Shown in pieces: positions 18,377-28,116 of a stretch of 64,000 nucleotides of DNA; position 1 is the first letter of the stretch, and each line of letters opens with the position of its first letter. Source of the DNA: Patescibacteria group bacterium (lineage in GTDB: Bacteria > Patescibacteriota > Microgenomatia > UBA10105 > UBA927); NCBI GenBank assembly GCA_003545435.1, contig DPYI01000025.1, positions 19,701 to 83,700 on the forward strand. The letters run 5' to 3'. Under the pieces are notes generated by a model that saw only the letters and a list, made by a program, of their open reading frames with translations, was not told the origin of the DNA and made no database searches. Made by a program: the position numbers and the translations under genes.

Positions 18377-19392
18377 AATTTCCTATCACGCACGAATGAA
18401 ACATAATACGAAATACGTGGGTATCTCATTATCTTTCTGAACAGCAATTCATCCGACATGCTCCTTATGTGTGCCTGTATGTAGCGTCTCATTTGTAGCG
18501 TTTTTTTACAATTTCGTATATTCCACAGTATCGCTTTTATAATAGACCAGCTAAACTGCAACCTTCCCCGAAGAAATGAATATAAAGCAAAACCAATACA
18601 TAAAAACACATGAATCGGCACTATCATAAGAAGCGCTTTGATCCCAAGATTCTTAAGGTAGGAACTGATCCGATTTTTAAATGAGTGGTACTGAATAAAT
18701 GCGCTGTTCATGGAGCTACTGGTTGCTCCCATTTTATGAAACACAACGGACGCGTGCACATAGATAATGCTGTATCCTGACAGCCAGATGCGGTGGCATA
18801 GATCTGTCTCCTCAAAATAGGCAAAATATGATGGGTCAAAAACATTTCCATCAACTAAAACAGCATCCAAAACCTGTTTCCTAAATAGCATGCATGCTCC
18901 TTTGGCTGTATAAAGGCAGATTCTTCTGTCAAATTTTTTTATATCTTTTTGTCCGAATCCGTAATGATATAAAAATCCCGTTGGTGTAAGAAATGCTCCG
19001 ATGCTGTCCAGCGTATCCGGTTTGTCCATAAGCAAAATTTTGCTTTGTGCTCCGCCAACTGATGCATCTTCTGCCATCTCTTTCACAAGCTCCGACAAAA
19101 ATGCTTCCGTAACTTTTACGTCATTATTCAAAAATAAGATATATTCCCCTTTTGTCTTTTGGTATCCGATGTTATTGGCATTGGAGAATCCCACGTTTTC
19201 ACTATTTTGAATGATGGTAGTCTTTGGATAGTGCTTTTTGACCCACTCGCATGATATATCATCGGAATTGTTGTCAACGAAAATAATTTCAAACTGCTTA
19301 TAGTCCTGTGTATGCAAAGACGTAAAACAGCCATGAAGCCATTTCATGCCATTCCAGTTTACGATAACAATGGAGACCAATCCCTTTTTCAT
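18373..19392 (-). CDS. GT2-family glycosyltransferase (soluble)
   Basis: 339 aa; LVSIVIVNWNGMKWLHGCFTSLHTQ...IIFVDNNSDD is a classic GT2 N-terminal domain. Confidence 0.75.
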   Translation of the reverse strand: MKKGLVSIVIVNWNGMKWLHGCFTSLHTQDYKQFEIIFVDNNSDDISCEWVKKHYPKTTIIQNSENVGFSNANNIGYQKTKGEYILFLNNDVKVTEAFLSELVKEMAEDASVGGAQSKILLMDKPDTLDSIGAFLTPTGFLYHYGFGQKDIKKFDRRICLYTAKGACMLFRKQVLDAVLVDGNVFDPSYFAYFEETDLCHRIWLSGYSIIYVHASVVFHKMGATSSSMNSAFIQYHSFKNRISSYLKNLGIKALLMIVPIHVFLCIGFALYSFLRGRLQFSWSIIKAILWNIRNCKKTLQMRRYIQAHIRSMSDELLFRKIMRYPRISYYVSFVRDRKL

Positions 19393-20234
19393 GCAAATCT
19401 CCCCCTTATATATCCCAGAAAAAGCGCGGTGGTTTCCATGATTTTCATGACGAGCATACCTACTCCGATTGCTGGTTGTTTGAAGAGCCGATCTGAATCG
19501 GAAAAAAACAAGGATAAGCGGGAGAATAGATTTGCCTGCCGCAGGCTTATGAAACGGTTTTCTGTCTTCCGGCTATACGCATACATACGCTTACCATAGT
19601 AATATTTCTTTTTCAAAAGAGCCCATAAAGAAATGTTGTCTTCGTTATGGATGATATACGCAGATATTCTTCCTATCGCAGCATGTCCATATGATGCTTT
19701 CAGTTTTTGAGGGAGATCAAAATCTTCCGGGCCTGTAAGCGTCTCGTCATATCCGCCAAGACGGATAAATGCGCTTCTTTTATAGAACCGGGCTGCCTCA
19801 ATCCATTCCACTCCTTCATAATACGTCCTTTCTAATGCTTTGCACTTAGCTAAAAAATTCTTGCCTTTTGACTTCTCCGGGATAACCATTGCCTGGTAGG
19901 GAGCGGTTCCTTTTTGGGATTTTTGCATTGCTTCTACACACTCCTCTATGACTTTTGGTGTCAGTTCCATATCCGCATCAATAAAAACAAAATACGTTCC
20001 CGTTGCTTTTGAGACTCCGAAATTCCGTTGGGCAGACCGTTCCGGACCTTTATCATAGACTCGCGCACCCAGCTTTTTCGCAATTGCCTTTGTCGCGTCC
20101 GTTGAGGCATTATCTACGACAACTGTCTCTACATGAGCATATGTTTGCTTATGGACGCTGCGTATGCAAGCCCTGATATGGGACTCCTCATTCCTAGCAG
20201 GAATAATAACGGAAACCACGCATTTATCTCTCAT
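19389..20234 (-). CDS. GT2-family glycosyltransferase
   Basis: VVSVIIPARNEESHIRACIRSV...VVVDNASTDAT; start trimmed to MRDKCVV (ATG 20234) to avoid overlap with the upstream FkbM gene. Confidence 0.7.
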   Translation of the reverse strand: MRDKCVVSVIIPARNEESHIRACIRSVHKQTYAHVETVVVDNASTDATKAIAKKLGARVYDKGPERSAQRNFGVSKATGTYFVFIDADMELTPKVIEECVEAMQKSQKGTAPYQAMVIPEKSKGKNFLAKCKALERTYYEGVEWIEAARFYKRSAFIRLGGYDETLTGPEDFDLPQKLKASYGHAAIGRISAYIIHNEDNISLWALLKKKYYYGKRMYAYSRKTENRFISLRQANLFSRLSLFFSDSDRLFKQPAIGVGMLVMKIMETTALFLGYIRGRFA

Positions 20235-21066
20235 AATCTGTAGCATAGGCGCTTTTTTGCTTAAACAGAATATCAACAGAAGTTATCTTTCCTTCTTCTT
20301 CATATTGCCGCCCGATACGTTCAATAATAAACGGATGTCGAAAATGTGTTAGATAAGAAATGACTTTTCCCAAATCCCCGGAATTCGGCCTGTGCAAACT
20401 GGCTTCTATCAATACATAACGGCATTTCTTCAGCGTCTGTTTAGCTGATATGAGAACGGTGTATTCGCTTCCTTCGGTATCGATTTTCAATAGGTCGATA
20501 ATGTTGGTCTTTCTTACACAATCAATATCATCTAATCTCATTCCCGGAACAACCTCAATCCTATCCTTATCTGAATAGGGAAAAAAAGATGACAGAAGCG
20601 TTGTTTGGGGAATATGCATCTTCATGGTTTTCGAAATCCCTACTGCCAGATGAACGGATGAAGGATCATTTTTTTTCAGGAACCTGTATGCTTCTTCTAT
20701 CGGTTCGACACTGCAAACATGCTTGGCAGAGAGGTAGCTATAAGAAAAAAAATTAAACTGACCGATATTCGCGCCAATATCTATAATCGTACTCCCTTTT
20801 TTTATATATCCTTCCATAAACGCATTATCCACGTAAACGCTCTGAAGAAAGGAAATTCCGAATTGGTCGTTAAAGTGATAGGTTCGTCCGAAGATGTGTA
20901 TCTTTCCCGATATCGGCATATTGATGATCTTTTTTATGGATAGCACCACAAGGAGATAGTATTTTTTTAGGAGAAACTCTAATTTTAGAGTATCAGGAAG
21001 GTGAAGCAGACAAAACTGCCAATCAAGTTCCAAAGAACGAAAAATAAACCACCATATCATTTTCAT
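20224..21066 (-). CDS. FkbM-family SAM-dependent methyltransferase
   Basis: 280 aa; GSTIIDIGANIGQFNFFSY... Rossmann motif with FkbM-type architecture; overlaps the upstream gene stop. Confidence 0.65.
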   Translation of the reverse strand: MKMIWWFIFRSLELDWQFCLLHLPDTLKLEFLLKKYYLLVVLSIKKIINMPISGKIHIFGRTYHFNDQFGISFLQSVYVDNAFMEGYIKKGSTIIDIGANIGQFNFFSYSYLSAKHVCSVEPIEEAYRFLKKNDPSSVHLAVGISKTMKMHIPQTTLLSSFFPYSDKDRIEVVPGMRLDDIDCVRKTNIIDLLKIDTEGSEYTVLISAKQTLKKCRYVLIEASLHRPNSGDLGKVISYLTHFRHPFIIERIGRQYEEEGKITSVDILFKQKSAYATDYER

Positions 21067-22754
21067 AACTCGTGTTTACTTCTGACAGGCCTCTCCCCGG
21101 CTCGGTTTATCATCTCAGGTGATATAATCTGATTTCTCCTATAGATTACCACAACGCTCCCGTCACTTGGTACTATCACTTCACCGATTGCTTGGTATGC
21201 ATGGGGATAAACATCCAAAATTTCATGAAAACAACCAGAAGATACCCCGTCAACAGGTGATGATACGTTTCTGGCAATAATGTAATCTTTATTTAAAAAA
21301 TCCATCATATTGAACGTTCCAATGCTGGATACATAGGAAAAAAGAAATACTCCGTTTGTCAAATAGTGTTCAATGGAATAGAGTGCATTAGTCAGAGGCT
21401 CATGGACAATCAAGACCGACACCTTTGTTGGCTTCTCCCTGCTGTCTTTTGCAATTATTGACACGACACTGTTTGCGTGAATATACTCTTTTACCGGAGG
21501 CCAGACCATGGATGTAAGATAAATCCTTCGCGGATGCTGGATAAAAGAAGGGAGAACGATATCCTTGAGCCCCTGTTTTCCCATAATTCCTATCCCCCAC
21601 AGACACCCGAAATAACTCATGACACTGAATGTGCTTATGAGAATAAATAGCGTCCAATAAAGACGAGGAGCTTTAATGCCTGTCAGCCAAATCCCGGAAA
21701 GCACGGCGATAATCGGATAAAGAGGAACAATAAACCGATCATCTTTCCACAAAAACGCCGCGGAAAAAACAATGTACGGAATCATGAAACTTAGGAGCAA
21801 TCCGCCGTATTTTGTAATCCGGAAAAAACAGAACCCGCATCCCAGGAGGAACAACATAAAATAGAAAACTGTATTTTGGGAAATAATGTTTAGGTAGTAC
21901 ACGAGCGTTTTGACAGACCAGGGATTTGCGTATTCAATCCCTTTGTATGCTGTTACCCATGCCGAGCTGTTTATACTGTTCCTTCGAACATAATCGAAAA
22001 ACAGAGAAATATTGGGAATGTAATAAAGAAACAAGGACAACATAACTGATAGAATTATGAAAATAAATGCATTTGATAACCGAATTATCTTTTGACTTTT
22101 TCTTTCTTTTTTCCATGAAACAACAAGGATAGACAATTCCCATAGTATTGCTCCTGAAATGAATATCGGTGCTACCCATCGCGTCAGGGATCCTCCAACA
22201 AACATAAGGGCTGCATAAACGCTCATCCGTCTGTTTAAAAATCCGTTACTTTTTAAAAGAAACAGCATCGATAAGGAAACCCACATGGTTGTTGCCGTTT
22301 CAGAATAAGCAAAATGCATATAAAAGAGAGGAAATCCCATTCCTGCAAAAATCAGAGAGGCAAGAACAGCGCTTCGCGTATTACCAAATTCTTTTACAAT
22401 AAAGTAGATAGCCAAAAGTGTCACGATAAAGTATATTCCGTTTACAAGAAGAGAGACAAAATAGCTTTGTTCCGGCCCGGTGATCGTAAGGACGATTGCA
22501 CTTATGAGAGGATAGAGCGGTTGCCTGTAGTCACTGGCCTTCATAAGTCTCGCCCATAGATCCGGAGAAGGAGACCGCAGTAGAGAGTAAAATGTTCTGG
22601 ATAATCCCACGTAATGGTGCTCGTCCCACTGCGGATACTGTCTGGTTTTTGAAATATATAGCATGTGACCGATAAAAATTCCTATGCATATGAAAGTCAG
22701 AAACAGTGTAGGAATATCACTCTTGGCTATCAATCTCATTTTTTTAATAATCAT
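21063..22754 (-). CDS. ArnT/PMT-like GT-C glycosyltransferase (GT39/GT83-like)
   Basis: Start trimmed to MIIKKMRL (ATG 22754); TM1 followed by PQWDEHHYVGLSRTF, the DE motif of ArnT/PMT lipid-linked sugar transferases; more than 10 TM segments; C-terminal soluble domain. Confidence 0.6.
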   Translation of the reverse strand: MIIKKMRLIAKSDIPTLFLTFICIGIFIGHMLYISKTRQYPQWDEHHYVGLSRTFYSLLRSPSPDLWARLMKASDYRQPLYPLISAIVLTITGPEQSYFVSLLVNGIYFIVTLLAIYFIVKEFGNTRSAVLASLIFAGMGFPLFYMHFAYSETATTMWVSLSMLFLLKSNGFLNRRMSVYAALMFVGGSLTRWVAPIFISGAILWELSILVVSWKKERKSQKIIRLSNAFIFIILSVMLSLFLYYIPNISLFFDYVRRNSINSSAWVTAYKGIEYANPWSVKTLVYYLNIISQNTVFYFMLFLLGCGFCFFRITKYGGLLLSFMIPYIVFSAAFLWKDDRFIVPLYPIIAVLSGIWLTGIKAPRLYWTLFILISTFSVMSYFGCLWGIGIMGKQGLKDIVLPSFIQHPRRIYLTSMVWPPVKEYIHANSVVSIIAKDSREKPTKVSVLIVHEPLTNALYSIEHYLTNGVFLFSYVSSIGTFNMMDFLNKDYIIARNVSSPVDGVSSGCFHEILDVYPHAYQAIGEVIVPSDGSVVVIYRRNQIISPEMINRAGERPVRSKHEL

Positions 22755-22770
22755 ACATATCAGCGAATCA

Positions 22771-24090
22771 TTACTGTTCGTTGTATTGAAGTATCGCAAA
22801 TGCCGATAGAATGCTGATAATGACAAGTGTGGCATACGTGGCAACAATTCCAATCCGTTTGCTCCAGTTTCCTTTAATAAATACCGGAAGACTGATACAC
22901 GCGCATAAAAAAAGCCACATCCGATGAATAACAAATGAAAAACCAAAAACCGGAACCCAAACCATTTCAAAAAGGGATAATCCTAAAAGCGTTAAAACAG
23001 GGCACATAATATGCGGTATTTTACCGATTCCTTCTTTCAAAAAGACAGCAAATGAAACCGCAAAAAACGGATAGAACGGATACCGGTACCATCCGTGACC
23101 CAATTCGCTGGGTATTGCAAAAAGAAACACCAGAAGATAGGACAGAAATCCAACGATGATGCCAATGTGTCTTTTGTAGTTAGCGGATATTACGACAAAA
23201 AGAACGATCCATCCCATATAAACCCATCCGTCAAGAAACGATCTGTCTGTAAGAAGCGGATCCTGAAATATTTTAAAGAAACTTCCGAAGCTTAATTGAT
23301 ATCGGTTCAGCTGAAGTTTCCATAATCCAAAAAAAACTTCTCTTCCGTATGCCATTCCATAGAAACAAAAAGCGGTAATACTCAATGCCGCCATGGCAAT
23401 GACACCGAATCCTTCTTTCTTCTTCTTATGAGAAAAAAAATACAGTGCAGAGGCAAGCGGCGCGGATATCCATGGAACTTTCGAAAGAGGTAATAAAAAA
23501 GAGAGGATAAAAACTAAAATGAGATACGTCTTATTTTTTTTGTCCACATACAATTTTGCCAAACCAAGACTTGTAAGAAATAACGGTATAAAAAAATTTT
23601 CATTCTGTAAAATGCGTGATCCGATAGCTATAGACGGAAATATAGAGTAAATTCCCGCACTTATAATCCCTGTTGTTGATCCATAAAAACTTGCAGCAAA
23701 GAAAAATACCGCAGCAATACTAAATATACCAAGGACAAAAGCAAGCGGACGAATGGTTGGAATTTCCACATCATCAAAATCCCGAACCCCGAATAGCATA
23801 TTGGACATGCCAGCAATCAGACCGAAAAAGGGCGGATGCTCAAGATAAGGGCGCACAAGACGAAAAAGTGTATGATCAGGATTCTGATAAAAGGTTACAT
23901 CTTTATATTGAGGATGCGGAGACCACGAAACAGGCACGCCTTCGGTAAGCAAACTTATTCCTAAATAGGACCATGCAAATTCATCAAACGTCGCACCTTC
24001 CCTGGGCCATATGTAAAGGTTTTTGTAACGTAACAGTCCGCCGATTGTTAAAATCAGTAACAATATCAAAATAACAGATAATTTTTTCAT
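22771..24090 (-). CDS. Polytopic membrane protein with N-terminal DE motif (putative small GT-C glycosyltransferase)
   Basis: 439 aa; signal/TM1 then EGATFDEFAWSYLG (DE loop motif), followed by about 11 TM segments. Confidence 0.5.
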   Translation of the reverse strand: MKKLSVILILLLILTIGGLLRYKNLYIWPREGATFDEFAWSYLGISLLTEGVPVSWSPHPQYKDVTFYQNPDHTLFRLVRPYLEHPPFFGLIAGMSNMLFGVRDFDDVEIPTIRPLAFVLGIFSIAAVFFFAASFYGSTTGIISAGIYSIFPSIAIGSRILQNENFFIPLFLTSLGLAKLYVDKKNKTYLILVFILSFLLPLSKVPWISAPLASALYFFSHKKKKEGFGVIAMAALSITAFCFYGMAYGREVFFGLWKLQLNRYQLSFGSFFKIFQDPLLTDRSFLDGWVYMGWIVLFVVISANYKRHIGIIVGFLSYLLVFLFAIPSELGHGWYRYPFYPFFAVSFAVFLKEGIGKIPHIMCPVLTLLGLSLFEMVWVPVFGFSFVIHRMWLFLCACISLPVFIKGNWSKRIGIVATYATLVIISILSAFAILQYNEQ

Positions 24091-25208
24091 AAGACTTGCC
24101 TGACTGCCTCTTTTAAAAACGCATCACTTTTTTTCCCTGCATCGGTCCACGTCAACGATTCAGCCCATGTATGAGCATTTGTTTGGTATTTTTTATATAT
24201 CTCTCTATCCTGATACAGATGTAGCGAAGCACGGGCTAACTCTATAGGTGAATTATCAGTAATAACAATTCCGGTATGTCCGTCACGTACGACATCACGA
24301 AGTCCGGCAACGTTATAAACAACCGATGGAGTATATAAAAAGCCTGCTTCTAATACTACCAATCCCCACCCTTCTTTTACCGAAGCATGTAACAGAATAT
24401 GCGCTTTCGCCATTCGTATAAGTTTTTCTTTTTCATTCAACTTACCAAACCATGTTACTTTTTCATATATACCGTATTCACGGATCATCGATACAATTTT
24501 TTTTACATATCGATCTTCTCCGCCGCCTACAATCCATAATTTGGCTAAGGGTAATTCTTTTTGAACAAATGCGAACGCTTTTACCACTTCTTCTATGCCT
24601 TTCATTTTTACCACACGGCTAACGAAAATGAATGTCGGTACTTTTTCTTTTTTTACATGAACTTGTAACGCTATGTGGCGGGTAAAATTCGGAATCGGAC
24701 AATGAATGACCGTGATTTGATTCCGTTTGATTCCCCGCTCCATAAGCTCATGACCGGTAGATTCTGCATCTGTCCAAAACAATTTCTTGCGATATAACCG
24801 AAGATACCATTCTTCCATATGCTTCCCGATCCAGGATATGGGAGGGTTATACATAAAATTCCATATGTCCCCAGCGATTTCATGTATAAATACAATGATC
24901 GGTTTACTGGTACATAAAGGAGAAAAAAAAGGAATTCCATGAACCTCATCAACTATCAAATCATATTCATGGCTATGGAGAAGCAGATAGAATGGTGCAA
25001 GAAGATAAACAGTCTGTGACCCTGCCTGACGAAGGATACGTACATTATCAATCAGTTCCTCTTTTTTGGCTCCTTTATATCCGGAAGTGAACCATGTTAC
25101 TTTGTGTCCCGCGTGAACCCACCATTTTGCATATTCCATCGTGACTGCTTCAGCTCCCCCGCTTTTCGGATGTCTGGTATCTCTCCAATTGAGTATTAAT
25201 ATACGCAT
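24087..25208 (-). CDS. GT4-family glycosyltransferase (GT-B fold)
   Basis: 373 aa; C-terminal GGGEDRY...EGWGLVVLEAGFLYTPSVVYNVAGLRDVV is the GT4 EX7E region. Confidence 0.75.
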   Translation of the reverse strand: MRILILNWRDTRHPKSGGAEAVTMEYAKWWVHAGHKVTWFTSGYKGAKKEELIDNVRILRQAGSQTVYLLAPFYLLLHSHEYDLIVDEVHGIPFFSPLCTSKPIIVFIHEIAGDIWNFMYNPPISWIGKHMEEWYLRLYRKKLFWTDAESTGHELMERGIKRNQITVIHCPIPNFTRHIALQVHVKKEKVPTFIFVSRVVKMKGIEEVVKAFAFVQKELPLAKLWIVGGGEDRYVKKIVSMIREYGIYEKVTWFGKLNEKEKLIRMAKAHILLHASVKEGWGLVVLEAGFLYTPSVVYNVAGLRDVVRDGHTGIVITDNSPIELARASLHLYQDREIYKKYQTNAHTWAESLTWTDAGKKSDAFLKEAVRQVL

Positions 25209-25211
25209 ACA

Positions 25212-26003
25212 TTATCCTATGTTTATTCTGAAATTTAATTCCGGATCAAACCTCCATTTACGTTTATTAGTATTATCATAATAATGGAGAATATAAAGAC
25301 GATAAAAAACCGCAAGTGTGTCCTGCAACATATTTTTCACGGTATATATAACCTTTTTGGATGTAATACTTGATTGTACGTTTGCAAAATCCAGTTCAAC
25401 CGGAGCTTCATATATGCGTGTATAGCCTAAATAATAGGAAACAGCCAGCATTTCAATATCAAAAGCGAACTGTTTTACCAGAAGTCTTGGAAGGACATCT
25501 TCCAGAAGCTTCCTTTTATATATTTTCATCCCGACCTGCGTATCAGTGATATTAAGTCCAAAAAGAATTCTAACTATCTTCTGATACACCCACGAATAGA
25601 TCTTCCTAACCCAAGGGTAGATAATTTTCGAACCAGGATGACGTTTGCTTCCGATCACGATATCTGCTTTTTGGTATAAAAATTGTGTAATCATAAGCGG
25701 TAATGCGGATACGTTCAGATCTCCTCCGGCATCCATAAAACCGATGACATCCCCTGTTGCATGCGCAAATCCATATCTGACAGCATACCCTTTCCCGTGA
25801 TTTGTTTTATACCCTGCAATAATTATCCGTTTGTCCTTTATTTTCTGTATTTCTTCCCTGCTGTTGTCTAGCTCCCCGTCTATTACCGGTATTATCTCAA
25901 AAGGGACGGAAAGAGTTGATAAAGCCTTAATAGCTGATTGGATGTCCCGTTTAATCGTGTGCTCTTGCTTATATACGGGAATGATGAGAGAAAATTTCTT
26001 CAT
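25212..26003 (-). CDS. GT2 polyprenyl-phosphate sugar synthase (Dpm1-like)
   Basis: 263 aa; FSLIIPVYKQEH...IPVIDGELDNS...GFMDAGGDL are GT2 DXD motifs, at the size of Dol-P-Man/Glc synthases. Confidence 0.7.
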   Translation of the reverse strand: MKKFSLIIPVYKQEHTIKRDIQSAIKALSTLSVPFEIIPVIDGELDNSREEIQKIKDKRIIIAGYKTNHGKGYAVRYGFAHATGDVIGFMDAGGDLNVSALPLMITQFLYQKADIVIGSKRHPGSKIIYPWVRKIYSWVYQKIVRILFGLNITDTQVGMKIYKRKLLEDVLPRLLVKQFAFDIEMLAVSYYLGYTRIYEAPVELDFANVQSSITSKKVIYTVKNMLQDTLAVFYRLYILHYYDNTNKRKWRFDPELNFRINIG

Positions 26004-27262
26004 GCTGATTGTATTGAAGACGTCTTACTATACATATAGTAAAGAAATGCAGATACCGCAAATAAGAAGGTCACTCCGATATTTACGGAAATAACCTCCA
26101 TAATGGAATGATGGAAAAATGAAATAAAAACGATCTGAGTTATTGCAGCACAGACCGTTATAAACCATATAGAAAGTCTATTGATCGCAAGGCAGGCCAG
26201 AACAAAAACATTTCCCAACGAATACAGTGAAATAAAAGACGCAAAATAACCCAGGTATAAAGCTGCACCGCTGTAAGATGAACCAAAAAGAAGATGAATT
26301 ACTAACGCGGGTTTAATAAAGTAGATGAATGTGATTCCTATAGAAATAGCACACACTAATCCAAGTGCTACAACAAAGATTTTTCCTATTGGTTCTTTTT
26401 TTACCGATCGTTCAGACAAAACCGGAAATAAAACAGTCACAATAGCACTTGATGCGTAGAATATTACTTTCCCGAGAGTTGCAATTGCTGAATATAATCC
26501 TGCTTCCTGCGGAGTGAGAAAATGCCTGACCAGTACTATATCCATTGAATACAGCGATGTAAGCCCTAAAAGACTGATAAATGTGGGAATGCTGAATAAA
26601 ATCAGAGATTTTTTGGTAAGCGGAAACGGCTTACGTGCAGCGGTAAAAATAAATCTCATTGGAAAATACAAAAGTCCTAATGTTATAAAAGCAGCCAGAC
26701 CGGTACCTATCATGGTCCATTCTACCCCGAACCAGGCAAGAGGCGTACTGATAGAGAACTTTAAAAACATTCCTACACTGCTAAACACAGAGACCCACAA
26801 AAAAAGCTGAAAACCCTGCAATACGCTCAGATTTACTGCTGTAAAAATTGAAACTACGAAAATGAGAAATATCCAAAGCAGAGACCTGGGAGTAGTAAGA
26901 TTAAGAAATGATCCCAACAGAGGAATCAGCATGATAAATACTATGCATGAAATGCAGGTTATTTTCACAAGAATTTTCACCATTCGAAAGTAAAGGTCTT
27001 TTGCCTCACCCCGTGCATTGCCGGCCTTACACTCTGAAAAATATTTTGTAAGTACGGTTTGAAGTACTACCATTGGGACGCCAAAGATATAAAGAAGCGA
27101 TATGAGGGAGGATAATTCTCCGTATCCCACTGGTCCGAGTATGCGTCCTGCGAACAAATGATAAAGGTAGGATCCGATATTTGAAATCATGCTCCCTACA
27201 AAAACAATCGCACTCCCCCGCATGAGCGTATTGGAGGTAATTTTCGTAAGTAATTTGTGCAT
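26000..27262 (-). CDS. Wzx-like oligosaccharide flippase / polysaccharide biosynthesis protein (MOP superfamily)
   Basis: 420 aa, about 12 TM segments; N-terminal LMRGSAIVFVGSMISNIGSYLYHLFAGRILGPVGYGELS is typical of Wzx/'polysaccharide biosynthesis protein' flippases. Confidence 0.65.
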   Translation of the reverse strand: MHKLLTKITSNTLMRGSAIVFVGSMISNIGSYLYHLFAGRILGPVGYGELSSLISLLYIFGVPMVVLQTVLTKYFSECKAGNARGEAKDLYFRMVKILVKITCISCIVFIMLIPLLGSFLNLTTPRSLLWIFLIFVVSIFTAVNLSVLQGFQLFLWVSVFSSVGMFLKFSISTPLAWFGVEWTMIGTGLAAFITLGLLYFPMRFIFTAARKPFPLTKKSLILFSIPTFISLLGLTSLYSMDIVLVRHFLTPQEAGLYSAIATLGKVIFYASSAIVTVLFPVLSERSVKKEPIGKIFVVALGLVCAISIGITFIYFIKPALVIHLLFGSSYSGAALYLGYFASFISLYSLGNVFVLACLAINRLSIWFITVCAAITQIVFISFFHHSIMEVISVNIGVTFLFAVSAFLYYMYSKTSSIQSA

Positions 27263-27296
27263 ATACTTGTCTTATACAGAATACGTTCATTCATCT

Positions 27297-27389
27297 TGTC
27301 ATTGCGACCCCGCCTTTGGCGGGGGAAGCAATCTTTATAATAAAGATCGCTTCGTCTCCCGACGTAACGTCGGGATCCTCGCGATGACA
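27297..27389. repeat. Composite palindromic intergenic element, copy C (GTCATTGCGACC...CTCGCGATGACA)
   Basis: Termini match copies A and B; three internal hairpins (CCCCGCC-TTTG-GCGGGGG; GAAGCAATCTTTA/TAAAGATCGCTTC; TCCCGACG-TAA-CGTCGGGA); lies between the flippase start and the GT2 stop. Confidence 0.65.
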
Positions 27390-27435
27390 GAGTGCGTAAG
27401 TTATGATATACAATAAGTTCGTTCTCATCTTTTTG

Positions 27436-28116
27436 TTAAACTCTGTTTTTGATGAGCGTCCATAAAGCTACCACTCCGTCAATCCACGTTAACTTTTTCC
27501 CTTCTTCGAATTTCCTGCCGAAGTATGATATGGGGACTTCATATATCTGATATCCTTTTTTTAGTATTTTTGCGGTAAATTCCGGCTCAAAATCAAATCG
27601 TTTCGCCTTCAGTGTCATTCCGTCAATAACTTTTCTTCTGAATACTTTGTATCCGGTCTCCATATCGGTAATGTTCGTATTATAAAGAATATTGGTTATA
27701 AAAGTTACAAATTTATTCCCCAATGCATACATATACATTGTAGAAAGATGAGGTCCCAAAAATCGCGACCCATAGACGACATCAACATGCGGATTATCAA
27801 ATGGAGACAGAAGCGTTTCATAATCTTTGGGGTTGTATTCAAGGTCTGCATCTTGAATAAGAACAAGATCTCCACTGGCGTACTTTAGACCTTCAATGAT
27901 CGCGCTTCCTTTCCCTTCGTTATGTATTTTATAAATAATCCTGTTTATCTTCTGCCATTTTTTCAACAACATCGGCGTCTTATCTGATGACCCATCATCA
28001 ACAACAATCACCTCCTTCACCCATCCGGGCTTTTTCCAGGATTCAACAGCCCCCAAAATGGCGTCAACAGTTCTCTCTTCGTTATAGACCGGGATAATTA
28101 TAGATAATTTGTTCAT
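27436..28116 (-). CDS. GT2 polyprenyl-phosphate sugar synthase (Dpm1/ArnC-like, soluble)
   Basis: Start set at MNKLSIIIPVYNEERTV (ATG 28116, ATGA overlap with the upstream stop); VVDDGSSDKT and DADLEYNP motifs. Confidence 0.8.
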   Translation of the reverse strand: MNKLSIIIPVYNEERTVDAILGAVESWKKPGWVKEVIVVDDGSSDKTPMLLKKWQKINRIIYKIHNEGKGSAIIEGLKYASGDLVLIQDADLEYNPKDYETLLSPFDNPHVDVVYGSRFLGPHLSTMYMYALGNKFVTFITNILYNTNITDMETGYKVFRRKVIDGMTLKAKRFDFEPEFTAKILKKGYQIYEVPISYFGRKFEEGKKLTWIDGVVALWTLIKNRV

